A DNA stretch of 64,000 nucleotides from a virus (lineage: Duplodnaviria; Caudoviricetes), in IMG/VR virus record IMGVR_UViG_3300037041_001930; one strand, written 5' to 3'. A model generated the notes under the pieces. It saw only the letters and a list, made by a program, of their open reading frames with translations, was not told where the DNA came from and did not search any database. A program made the translations under genes and the position numbers. Below are positions 45,547-54,742 of this stretch, piece after piece (the first letter of the stretch is position 1; each line of letters begins with the position of its first letter).

Positions 45547-46056
45547 CTACTTGGTCACCGCGGTGTCGACAAGGGTATCCATCAGGGTATCCCAATCCGG
45601 GTACTTGATACGGCTGGGATCAATGCTGGGGCCCCCTGCAGTCAACGCAGTCGCGGGATCCAGGGAGGCCATGAGATCGAGGCGGACCCCACGGACGTAC
45701 TCGGCAAGGAAGGCATACTGGTCGACGAGCTCGGCCTCGGCCTGGGCGAGCTCCCCGACGGCATACCAGGCGTGCCGGGCGTAACCCAGCCTGGCCTCTA
45801 CGAGGAGGGCTCTGGCACTGCCCACATGCTTGCGCGCACAATCCAGGCATGTCGGCCGATTCGCGAGCTCGGCATTGATCTCGGTGAGGTCGACCCCACG
45901 CTCCTGGGCTTCCACGGCGTTCATGATAACCGTAGGGGGCACCCTTCGATCCTCGAGCCCTTCCATCATGGCGCGTACCCTTGGGAACGTATCCCTGGTG
46001 ATGCCCTCTGGGGCCGCATCAGGCTTGACGTAGCGGGTGTCGAATTCATGTGGCAT
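45547..46056 (-). CDS. Hypothetical protein with CxxCxxKH motif, 169 aa
   Basis: CLDCARKHVGSA; follows the glycan-modification genes. Confidence 0.75.
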   Translation of the reverse strand: MPHEFDTRYVKPDAAPEGITRDTFPRVRAMMEGLEDRRVPPTVIMNAVEAQERGVDLTEINAELANRPTCLDCARKHVGSARALLVEARLGYARHAWYAVGELAQAEAELVDQYAFLAEYVRGVRLDLMASLDPATALTAGGPSIDPSRIKYPDWDTLMDTLVDTAVTK

Positions 46057-46066
46057 GGGTGGGCTC

Positions 46067-48544
46067 CTATTTGATCACGGTGAGATAATTGGTAAGCCTG
46101 TTGAACTCCAACTCAGCAAGAATCTGGTTGTGATGAAGCGGCTTCAGAAGGGCTGCTAGGGCGTCTGAAGCCGGGTGCGTACGACTCACGAGAACCCCGA
46201 GCCCAAACACCGCTGGGATCAGATATAGATCAAAATCCCCTGACCACATCTTGATGAAGTCCTCGATGGCAGTCAGGACTCCATTGCGCTCGCCCCCCGC
46301 GCGTAACGCGATGAAAAACTTTCCATTGCTCCGGAAACCAGATCCGGAGTGCACCATATCATTCAAGTCGACCCCAACGGAAGACGAGTTCGGTAGCAGG
46401 AACTCATCGGGGATACTGCTGGGGTCGTAATACTGGTCACGCCGCCCCCAGGGCCACCCTACATCGTAGATGACTGCTAAAAGCGGTTTCTTGTGGCGAT
46501 CACAGCTGACCTTAATAGCAGTCAACTCGTTATAGACGGTAAACCAGTTGTGATCGCCATCCAGCGACCACATATCGATGGCACCCGCACGGGGGATGGC
46601 GTCCAAACTGCGCCCACAGAACTTAGACAGCCTTTCTCCCTCGTTGAATTGCTGTAGCGAGTTGGGGTCGGTGTCCACCATTAACACTTTGCCGATGGCG
46701 CGCCCCGCACAGTAGTCCACCCATCGGCGCGTCATCCCACCGCCCTCAACACCGATCTCACAAACCGTGTTCACGCCGGCGGTCTCCGCGATATCCAGCA
46801 AGAGATTTGAGAACGTGCTCAAGGAGTGAAGCAGCGGGGGGCGTGAGAATCCATGCTTGGGGTTCACGTTAAAAAGAGCGTTGGCGAGATCGTACGCCTT
46901 AGGGGCTTCTGTGATCCTGGTGGCCTGGGCGACCTCAGGGGGCACATCAACCTGGGGGTGTCGCCACATGATATCGATCTCGCGGTACGTGATCGTGGAT
47001 GAATGCCGTGTAATCGTGGCGGCGACTCCACCGGGGGTAATCCCACTGAGATCTGGTTTATACAGGGGCCATAGGGCGACCGCGGCGTCCACAGCCTTAT
47101 GAGCGACATCAATGAGATCGGGATGATTCTCATGGGGAGCCCGAACAGGGGTGTCCCCTCTATACGTGATCAGAGAACCCACGACATCTTGATTGAAACT
47201 CTCGATACTCCACTTGGCACGCGTGAGTTCAGGTGGCATCATGACTGGAATGCAGTTCACGTTCGTATTGATACCTGCGAGGGCAACCATGCTGAACTGA
47301 TCCATGGGGCCTAACCCGAGGCGCGCCCATGCCCCCTTGAGAGATCTCCCACTCGCACGGATGTCGACCACTGTACGATCACGCAAGCACCCACGTAGAT
47401 AGGCGGCATAGGCGCCATCTGCGCTGGCCTCCGCCAAAGCGTTTCGGGATATGTTGACGATCTCAGCCTTCTTGCCCGTGATGCACTCGTACAGCTTGGT
47501 GAGTAAACAACAGTCCCGATAAATGAAAACTGGCTCGCGTTTCAAGGTCTCCTGCAGCCACTTCACGCCCATGCACAAGAACGGGATGTTCATGAGGACC
47601 TGCTCGGTCCACAACTGAGATCTCACACAATCCTTGGAGATGTGATATGGGTTGCTCCGCACGACATGACGCAACCAGGGGTACAAGGAGGGTACGTGTT
47701 TCGCGTACTCCCAGATATTACTGTCCCTGAAGAATAGCGCCTCGAGCCCGGCGGCGCGTGGGTTCGCGACATCACCATGGACGGCATCCCCGTAATGGCA
47801 CTGCGTGGTGCGCGCCAGGGGATCCCGCCACGTCGCCCCCGATGACTTGCCACCATAGGTAACCAGGATCTCGACACTCGCGGTGAGTCCGCACTTCACG
47901 AGAATCCGTCTGATGGCCTCAGCGGGGAGATACATGTCGGAGATGATGAGATCACCGTCTCGCACGAGACCCATGTTGGCCACGATTGGGTAAGCCTGGT
48001 TGACCTCCTCATCGATCTCCCGTGCCTTGGCAGCTGCGGTCTCGGATTCCGACCACTTGAACACCCCTGCAAGGCTGGCATAGATGGCATCAAGGGTGGA
48101 GCGCGTCGCCCCCTCGGCGGCGCGCCGTGCAGCCGTGAATCCAGGGATCCCGGTGGCCTTCTCGATGATCTCGAACACGGCAACGGGGTGTACACAGCGC
48201 CGGCCCACCAAGGTGTCAAAGCAATCCCAGCTCTGACGCCCCGTGAGATGCTCGGGCTCATGAATGGGTAACAGGTAGTGATATAAATTGGTGGTGTGGT
48301 AGTGACCTAGGAAACAATCCCACTTCATATCCTGGATATTGAAAGTTGAGGTCACCCCACCGGTCTGGTTCAGGAGAACCAAGGAGCCCTCGCGCAACTC
48401 CCATGACGACTCATTGGCGTGCGCGTACTCCCCGATCTTACCCCCTGGCAATAATCGCATGGGGCCGTAGGGCTGATACACCCCGTCCTTCCAGACCCTG
48501 CCAAACATGTAACGTCGCTGGAGAAACTCGGGGCTCGCTGCCAT
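46067..48544 (-). CDS. Fusion of a HAD-like hydrolase and a class I SAM methyltransferase (Methyltransf_24-like), 825 aa
   Basis: SWDCFDTLVGRR, IISDMYLP, HYGDAVHGD (HAD-like); CEIGVEGGG, SLDGDHNWFTVYNEL, YDVGWPWGRRD (MTase). Confidence 0.8.
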   Translation of the reverse strand: MAASPEFLQRRYMFGRVWKDGVYQPYGPMRLLPGGKIGEYAHANESSWELREGSLVLLNQTGGVTSTFNIQDMKWDCFLGHYHTTNLYHYLLPIHEPEHLTGRQSWDCFDTLVGRRCVHPVAVFEIIEKATGIPGFTAARRAAEGATRSTLDAIYASLAGVFKWSESETAAAKAREIDEEVNQAYPIVANMGLVRDGDLIISDMYLPAEAIRRILVKCGLTASVEILVTYGGKSSGATWRDPLARTTQCHYGDAVHGDVANPRAAGLEALFFRDSNIWEYAKHVPSLYPWLRHVVRSNPYHISKDCVRSQLWTEQVLMNIPFLCMGVKWLQETLKREPVFIYRDCCLLTKLYECITGKKAEIVNISRNALAEASADGAYAAYLRGCLRDRTVVDIRASGRSLKGAWARLGLGPMDQFSMVALAGINTNVNCIPVMMPPELTRAKWSIESFNQDVVGSLITYRGDTPVRAPHENHPDLIDVAHKAVDAAVALWPLYKPDLSGITPGGVAATITRHSSTITYREIDIMWRHPQVDVPPEVAQATRITEAPKAYDLANALFNVNPKHGFSRPPLLHSLSTFSNLLLDIAETAGVNTVCEIGVEGGGMTRRWVDYCAGRAIGKVLMVDTDPNSLQQFNEGERLSKFCGRSLDAIPRAGAIDMWSLDGDHNWFTVYNELTAIKVSCDRHKKPLLAVIYDVGWPWGRRDQYYDPSSIPDEFLLPNSSSVGVDLNDMVHSGSGFRSNGKFFIALRAGGERNGVLTAIEDFIKMWSGDFDLYLIPAVFGLGVLVSRTHPASDALAALLKPLHHNQILAELEFNRLTNYLTVIK

Positions 48545-48550
48545 ATCAGA

Positions 48551-50995
48551 TCACCTCGTCATGAAAGTGTAGGGGCCGACACCATCCCGGAAGTACCAGG
48601 CCGCGCCGACTAATGACCATGTTGGTTCCCCTGCGTTCGGGACCCCACGCGCCTTCGCCACGGGGTCAAAGTACCACCAGGGGAGTTCAACGAAATCAGT
48701 GGCCCTGATGTTGTCTGAGAGCACGGAGTCAAGCGACTGCATGGGAACCTGATTCATCCTAACCCTGGCCTTGCAGGCATCCCCCCAGGCCTCAACAGTG
48801 ACTGATGTGGCCGCAGCTCCGACTACCCTGGTCTGCACCTTGCCCTGGAGATCCTTGTAGCCAAAGGCCCCGGCACCAAGAGCACGGAGAGCGCTGGGGT
48901 CCCGGAGGACTTCGACATCAGCGTCGATGCAGATGCCACCGCTGGACGCGCTGAGTACCGCTGGCTTCGCGATCTCATTCAGGAGATCACGGGGGAGATC
49001 GGAGATCTTGGCCGCGAGGTCGTCTATGGCATCAGAGTCAAGACTATCGCCGGCGGCATAGAAACTAACAATGACAGCGTTGGTCTCAGGGGTGCTCTGC
49101 CACAAATTGACATCCCAGCCCAGGGCCGACAGCTTCTTGATGTTGTTGGCCACAGTGGCGGCAACCTCGCCCTCGATGGCGATGCCAATGCTCATGATGT
49201 GGATAACCTTGGGGATCGTGGGCTCATCAGCAGTCGGGGGATCCAGGGGATCCAAGCCGAATCCTTCGAGGTCGGTGAAGACGCCGGCCTGTTTGAGGAA
49301 CCTGAGGTACAGGCGTTCCTGTGGGGTATAGGCGCCCGCAGGGGGCTCCCCCCAGTACCGCATGTGCTTGGATTCAATGTGAGTGTCGATACCAGCGGTT
49401 ACAATAGTCTCCGCCCAGGTCTGTGCCCATCGAATCGCTTCGGCACCCGTGGAGAGCCCCCATGTCTCATGAATCAAGGGTGACTGTAGGAGGCGCTGGG
49501 CATACGCGGGATCCCAGACATCTGGCTTGGTCGCACTGATGTGCCGCAGTCTCGCGAGCACCTCGGCATACCGGGCACCCTGCACGGGATGGTCAAGCAC
49601 TCGAGGCCGGATTACAACTACACGCCAGGGCCTCAGTAGGGCCAGCCCGATCTCGAGGTCGTCGAGTGCACGGGGATGCAAGGGGTTCAACACCCAGTAA
49701 TCCGTGCGGGTACCCACGGGGTAACCGTCAAGACGCGGGAAGTTGACCCGTATAACGATGTCATCACTTTCGATGCCATCGACGCTTTCATCCCCGAGCA
49801 CCTTGGCAGTGGACCCATTGCCCACGATGACGGCCCTGCGGCTCCCATCGAGCTTATCGTTGTGCACCTTGATGGGCTTCGTGGACCCCGGGATATTCCA
49901 GGCACCATTGCGCGGTGGCATCCCCGCAGCGGCGAGAGCCTTGTCCTCGAGTTCGGCGAGGCGTTCAGTGGGCTTCCCGGGAGGTGTAGCCACGATCTCA
50001 GCAGTGTAGGCTGCCCATGCCGCCCTGACCCCGTCAACACTGAGTCCAGCCGAGTACCCCCAGGCGAGATCACGCAACGAATCCGTTACTATAGGGGGTG
50101 CGATTCGAGGCCTCGCTGAATCCACGGGATCCTTGAAGTGGCCGTCGTAGAGACCAGCCGAGGACTCCCTGGGGTTCACCTTGGAGTCATTGGTGGCCTG
50201 AGCCCTGGCATCAATGAAGGACTTGTAGGGGAAAGCAGTGAGCCCAGAGATCTGGGTGGTATTGAATACCTCGAATCCATGGTGGAGAAACTCGACCTGG
50301 AGCTGGGTGAACAATCCATTGAGGTACTCGAAGAGAGTATTGTTCTTAGCAGCGACTGCGGCGTCGACGACCTGATCATGGTTGTAGGCCCTCTTGGGAT
50401 CCATCTTGAAGTCGGCACCAACGAGGTAGACCCGCTTGAAACCCAGGATGTAGAGGATGCGGAGTGCAGCGACCATGGTGCTGCGACCACCTCTTACGGT
50501 ATCACTACCCTCCTGCCCCCAGTTGATGGTGTCCTCGTTCAGCCAGGTCTTGGCATCGAACTTGTCATTGCGCCGGATGAACCAGGTGTTCGGGCAATCC
50601 CGTGGGGTCTTCGCGAGGTGCTCACGAAGTGGCATGTCCTGGTAGGCCAGGGGATAGAACTTCGTGATCCCGGGATCCAGCCAGATCGAGTTCAGGAAGC
50701 GATGGGGTTCATCGAGGCCACACCAGAGCTGGGGACGCCAGCCCTGGGCGGCATTGTTGACCGCCATCGTGACGACCCCAGGAGTCGCTGAGAGCGCTTT
50801 GAGGTCGATGTCCCCTGCGCTGGGGCCCCCGCAGACCAGGAACGCCGTGGCGCCCTGGTAAGCGTGCCCCAGCCACGCGTTCTCCATCTGTGATGTAAAG
50901 AACACGGCGGGCTGGGAGCGCAGCACCCTCCCAGCCCGGGCCTCAGTTGAAGTCGTGATCTTGAAGACATCGTGACGCCCGGGGTGGGTGGTCAT
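48551..50995 (-). CDS. Three-domain glycosyltransferase (MAF/DUF115-like + GT29-like + GT32 DXD), 814 aa
   Basis: AFLVCGGPS..GRSTMVAAL..GFKRVYLVGADF; AVIVGNG..IVIRVN..GTRTD..GLSTG; IPKVIH..GGICIDADV. Confidence 0.75.
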   Translation of the reverse strand: MTTHPGRHDVFKITTSTEARAGRVLRSQPAVFFTSQMENAWLGHAYQGATAFLVCGGPSAGDIDLKALSATPGVVTMAVNNAAQGWRPQLWCGLDEPHRFLNSIWLDPGITKFYPLAYQDMPLREHLAKTPRDCPNTWFIRRNDKFDAKTWLNEDTINWGQEGSDTVRGGRSTMVAALRILYILGFKRVYLVGADFKMDPKRAYNHDQVVDAAVAAKNNTLFEYLNGLFTQLQVEFLHHGFEVFNTTQISGLTAFPYKSFIDARAQATNDSKVNPRESSAGLYDGHFKDPVDSARPRIAPPIVTDSLRDLAWGYSAGLSVDGVRAAWAAYTAEIVATPPGKPTERLAELEDKALAAAGMPPRNGAWNIPGSTKPIKVHNDKLDGSRRAVIVGNGSTAKVLGDESVDGIESDDIVIRVNFPRLDGYPVGTRTDYWVLNPLHPRALDDLEIGLALLRPWRVVVIRPRVLDHPVQGARYAEVLARLRHISATKPDVWDPAYAQRLLQSPLIHETWGLSTGAEAIRWAQTWAETIVTAGIDTHIESKHMRYWGEPPAGAYTPQERLYLRFLKQAGVFTDLEGFGLDPLDPPTADEPTIPKVIHIMSIGIAIEGEVAATVANNIKKLSALGWDVNLWQSTPETNAVIVSFYAAGDSLDSDAIDDLAAKISDLPRDLLNEIAKPAVLSASSGGICIDADVEVLRDPSALRALGAGAFGYKDLQGKVQTRVVGAAATSVTVEAWGDACKARVRMNQVPMQSLDSVLSDNIRATDFVELPWWYFDPVAKARGVPNAGEPTWSLVGAAWYFRDGVGPYTFMTR

Positions 50996-50996
50996 A

Positions 50997-51305
50997 TCAA
51001 CTCCTTCGAGTCTTTTTCTTCTTGGCGTGCTCGCGGCGTGCGCGTGCCTTGATAACGCTGCTACGCTCTCTCAGGATCTTGAGCTGGCGGGCCTTCTCGG
51101 CCTCACGTGCCTCCAGGATTCGCTTGCGCCTGAGCGCACGGGCTTTCTCCAAGTGGTCATCACGGCTACCGGGGTGATCCCCGGTGGCCTTCTCATAGGC
51201 CGCACGTTCCTCGGGGGTCAGGATTCCCGGGGCTGCCTTGGGTTTCTCGGTCTCCTCGAGAACTGATGCCGTCGCGGCATCGATGACAGCGCTGAGGTCC
51301 TTCAT
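50997..51305 (-). CDS. Basic coiled-coil hypothetical protein, 102 aa
   Basis: ATGA-coupled; R/K/E-rich. Confidence 0.7.
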   Translation of the reverse strand: MKDLSAVIDAATASVLEETEKPKAAPGILTPEERAAYEKATGDHPGSRDDHLEKARALRRKRILEAREAEKARQLKILRERSSVIKARARREHAKKKKTRRS

Positions 51306-51796
51306 GACTTCACCTTCTTAGCCTTCGCCTTCTTCGACTTCGCAGTCTCGACACTGGAGACTTTCTTTTTCTTACTGGCTGCGGGCTGCTGAGATTTCAC
51401 TGTCTTCAACTTTTCCAGGACCTCCTTGGTAGCCATTGTCAGAGTTTTGACGATATCCTGGGTACCCTTGAATGTCGCCACCGCGGTACTCTTCAGGGCA
51501 TCGATGTGGGCCTGGGCAACCATGTTGTCCCCTTTGCGCGTGACCACCCATTGTATCCCCGCGATGGTGAGGCGCTGGGCTTCAGTCTCCACAGAACTGG
51601 CATTACCAGGGATCAGGCTCATGAGGCGTGACTGGGCCTTCAAGTAGAGCTCGCCCACGCCGCGTGGGGTCCTGATGGGGTTGATGGCTATGACTTTAGC
51701 GGTCTGGACGACGACGTTTAACATCGCGTCGATCTCCTTCATACGCTCGTAATGAGCCTGGCTGGCCGGGCTGGGGCATGCGGATTCCGATGACAT
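51302..51796 (-). CDS. Hypothetical protein (~164 aa) with Lys-rich tail
   Basis: Start moved to ATG 51796 (GAGGAG RBS), leaving 51797-51864 intergenic. Confidence 0.75.
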   Translation of the reverse strand: MSSESACPSPASQAHYERMKEIDAMLNVVVQTAKVIAINPIRTPRGVGELYLKAQSRLMSLIPGNASSVETEAQRLTIAGIQWVVTRKGDNMVAQAHIDALKSTAVATFKGTQDIVKTLTMATKEVLEKLKTVKSQQPAASKKKKVSSVETAKSKKAKAKKVKS

Positions 51797-51830
51797 ATAG
51801 TCTCCTCTGGGCGTGAGCCCATGTGGGTGG

Positions 51831-51868
51831 GTTGACTGACAGTAAACCATGACTCCGTGCGGTGTCAA
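51831..51868 (-). promoter_or_regulatory. Sigma70-like promoter TTGACA-N16-TTTACT (TGn) overlapped by dyad site 3 (51831-51847)
   Basis: -35 at 51863-51868, -10 at 51841-51846; plus strand GTTGACTGACAGTAAAC is 16/17 identical to the reverse complement of site 2. Confidence 0.7.
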
Positions 51869-52146
51869 GTCGGTGGGGTGTCCGGGATATCCTTGATGGC
51901 CTGACGGGTGCGCGCGATTCCACCGGTAGCCGCGATAAACAAGTTCTGGATGTAATCCGTGCTCGCGCGTTCCTTGAACTCCTGTGCAGTTATTCCAGGG
52001 GTCCCCCCGAGCTGGGCAAGCGAGTTCCGCAAAGTCAGGGAGACCTGGTGGAGCTCAGCTGCACAGTTGATCACATTCTGAATCTCCGGTGGCAACTTGG
52101 TTGCCTGTGCCGGCTTCGAGGAGTTCAGCATTATCGTGTCCATCAT
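51865..52146 (-). CDS. Hypothetical helical protein, 93 aa
   Basis: AAGGGA RBS, operon-packed. Confidence 0.65.
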   Translation of the reverse strand: MMDTIMLNSSKPAQATKLPPEIQNVINCAAELHQVSLTLRNSLAQLGGTPGITAQEFKERASTDYIQNLFIAATGGIARTRQAIKDIPDTPPT

Positions 52147-52154
52147 ATAGTCCC

Positions 52155-53900
52155 TTAATCAATTGGTTTGAGCCCGAAGCGTTGGAGAACATCCCCAATG
52201 CTCGATGTACGCTGAACTCTAAGTGCCCAGTACCCGGCGAGAAGACGCTCGCGGTGGCGCCAGGGGTGGACCTGCAGGGGGCACTTCCCCAAGGCGACCA
52301 CGGGCACCCCAATCATGGCGGCCTCGATCAACGAGGTCGAATTGATTCCGACGACGACCTCGCTGACACGGGCGGCGTCATAGAAGTCCTTGACGACCTC
52401 GCGGCCCTCAATGCTGGCCCGTGCTGACCTCCAGGGCCGCTGGGACCCCGACTTGGGATGCGGGCGCACCACGATGTCATGACTCGGGTACATCGCGGCG
52501 ACGTGTTCAACAAACTCGCCCATGTTGCGGTAGGCACAGTGATACAAGATCTGGGAGTCATTCTCGATCTGGAGGGGGACGAGGACTCGCGATTTCTTGG
52601 GTTCCAGGGGATACTTGGCGCGGAGTTCAGAGACCCCCTCGCGGTATGCCTTGAGGTCGGCGTCGGTAACCCAGCCCAGGGGGCGCATGAGCATCGAATC
52701 CCCAGCGAAGCCATCGAGGTCGACGAGGAATGTTGAAGCCTGCGGGGCCACCCCCCACTCGAAGAAGGCATAGGGGATCTTCATGGCCTCACAGAGCGCC
52801 TTGGCGTTGCGACCATTGTGCTGGGCGCCATTCCAGATCACGACGAAGGCGGCCCTCTTGAGATCCCCGGCGACCTTGAAGAACTCGGTGTCGATGCCAA
52901 TGAAGGCGTAGGGGCGCCCCAGGGACTCCGCCCAGCGCTTCACGAAGCCCTGGCACTCGCTGCCATTCCAGCCAATGTAAACAATGGCGCCGTCATCGGC
53001 ACGGCGACCCGGGGCCTCCTCGGGCTCACATTCGCCCTGGGGGACCTCGTGGAGGCTCTCCTTGCCCGGCCAGGGATCAATGGGGGCCAAGACGGCATCG
53101 GAGGCCCTGACCTCGTAACCCATGGTGGCCCTGGTGTACACCGAGGTGAGCTCGCGTTCCAAGCGATCCGCCCACTTCGAGGGGGTCACAATCATGGTGG
53201 CACGGGTGACCCGGGCATGAAGCACGGCGACCCCGGCGTGGTGGAGGTAGAACCTCTGCGGCGACATCCAGGGACTCAGGGGTTCCTCGACGAACCCTGT
53301 GGGATTCCTGCCGAGCTCACGGTTGAGATGGTTGACCTGAAAGGGGAACTCGGCGATGACGCGCTGGGCAAAAATGACGTCATGGTTACGCATGACACCC
53401 TGGGGATACGTGATGCCCGCGTCTACAATGGCGGCGCGGCGGAAGAACGCGGCGTTATACCTCAGCGGGAACTTGCCCTCCAGGGACTGCCGGGTCACCG
53501 AATAATCGCCCCAGACCACGGAGTTGCGGACCACGGCTTCACTCGCCTTGAGCTCATGGGTCCACAACACGATGTCAGGAGACTTCTCGGCTTCCTGTTC
53601 GAGGACTGCGATACGGACTTCTTCGGAGAAATCCCTGTCGCCGTGGACCAAGATGAAGTCAGCTCTTGAGCGTGCGATGAGGAAGTTGAGGGCGGCACCG
53701 GGGCCAATGCGGTACGCACTCGTGAAGACCTCAATCCTGGAGTCAATCCCGCGTTCCTCCTCGATGAGCTCAGCGGTCTCCGCTGTGGCGGCATCACTGA
53801 ACACTAGGACGCGGTTGACCCCGCGAATCTTGAGGATGTTCTGGAGGGTGGCCTCGATGTGGGAGTTGTCATGGGTGACTAAGACGACGTCAGTGGTCAT
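52155..53900 (-). CDS. GT2-like glycosyltransferase fused to a capsule-polysaccharide-modification (KpsS/Capsule_synth-like) domain, 581 aa
   Basis: DVVLVTHD..VLVFSDA..ADFILVHGD; VLVPLQIENDSQI, VVRPHP, VVGINSTSLIEAAMIGVPVVALG. Confidence 0.8.
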   Translation of the reverse strand: MTTDVVLVTHDNSHIEATLQNILKIRGVNRVLVFSDAATAETAELIEEERGIDSRIEVFTSAYRIGPGAALNFLIARSRADFILVHGDRDFSEEVRIAVLEQEAEKSPDIVLWTHELKASEAVVRNSVVWGDYSVTRQSLEGKFPLRYNAAFFRRAAIVDAGITYPQGVMRNHDVIFAQRVIAEFPFQVNHLNRELGRNPTGFVEEPLSPWMSPQRFYLHHAGVAVLHARVTRATMIVTPSKWADRLERELTSVYTRATMGYEVRASDAVLAPIDPWPGKESLHEVPQGECEPEEAPGRRADDGAIVYIGWNGSECQGFVKRWAESLGRPYAFIGIDTEFFKVAGDLKRAAFVVIWNGAQHNGRNAKALCEAMKIPYAFFEWGVAPQASTFLVDLDGFAGDSMLMRPLGWVTDADLKAYREGVSELRAKYPLEPKKSRVLVPLQIENDSQILYHCAYRNMGEFVEHVAAMYPSHDIVVRPHPKSGSQRPWRSARASIEGREVVKDFYDAARVSEVVVGINSTSLIEAAMIGVPVVALGKCPLQVHPWRHRERLLAGYWALRVQRTSSIGDVLQRFGLKPID

Positions 53901-54742
53901 ATCAGGCCTCCGACACCGTAGTCGATGGCAGCGAAGTTAATCTCCCCTCGTGGCGCCGTGGTATCGATGCCGAGGCCATGCCAGATCTCAGTGGTGACCT
54001 CGAAGGTGCCCTTGTCACCCATGGTGATCCGTGGCCATACCGCATCAGCGATGACGACGTGGTGACCACAGAAGCCCCCGCGGAGCACACATGTCTTATG
54101 GGGCAACGCGGAGGCCTTAGGAGCCCCGACGACAACCCTGGCGCCGACGTCACGCGCCAGCAGGGGATTCGCGGACAGCCTGGCCTTAATGGCAGCGCTG
54201 AGCAGCCATGCCTCGGGGTACACGACGAGATCACATGCGGAGACCATCACCGAGGTGACCTGCTCACCTGGCTTACTGGCATCGAGAAGGGTGGCACGCG
54301 AGATCACGGAGTCGAGAACCCCGAGCACCCTGGTGTCCACTGCGAATGCAAGAGGAGTGAGGATATCACGGGTGTACCAGTCCCAGAAGGATTCACCTGT
54401 CTTCAGGAGATCCGCGATTGATGACTTCGCGGTCACCGGGGTGCGCAGGATCGAGAACTTTACATCTCCCTTTACACCGGGTTCGACGACATTGGCGACG
54501 AGGACGTCCTTGGGGTTCGCGGCGAAGTGTGCCCTGGCAGCGTCGACATTGGCAGCAGGGGCATCCAGGGCGACACCGAAGACCTCGGCGAGGCTGCGGC
54601 GTGTCGGGGGCCACCACTTCATCGTGGTCGCCACGTTCTCCAACCACTCCAGGGTCCAGACCCCGAGGATGGCGTTGAATGCCACGGGGTCGGACTTCAC
54701 GGAGTCCAGGAGACCAACAGGGGATCCAGTGAATGGAGTCAT
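53897..54742 (-). CDS. Hypothetical protein, possible diverged HK97-fold capsid paralogue, 281 aa
   Basis: SSIADLLKTGESFWDWYTRDILTPLAFAVDTRVLG resembles the HK97 spine helix; paralogous to 54739..56106. The CDS is solid; the fold call is weak. Confidence 0.45.
   Translation of the reverse strand: MTPFTGSPVGLLDSVKSDPVAFNAILGVWTLEWLENVATTMKWWPPTRRSLAEVFGVALDAPAANVDAARAHFAANPKDVLVANVVEPGVKGDVKFSILRTPVTAKSSIADLLKTGESFWDWYTRDILTPLAFAVDTRVLGVLDSVISRATLLDASKPGEQVTSVMVSACDLVVYPEAWLLSAAIKARLSANPLLARDVGARVVVGAPKASALPHKTCVLRGGFCGHHVVIADAVWPRITMGDKGTFEVTTEIWHGLGIDTTAPRGEINFAAIDYGVGGLI

Noticed and set aside
45547-46056. c-type cytochrome from CLDCARKH
   Set aside because: Not CxxCH and no export signal.
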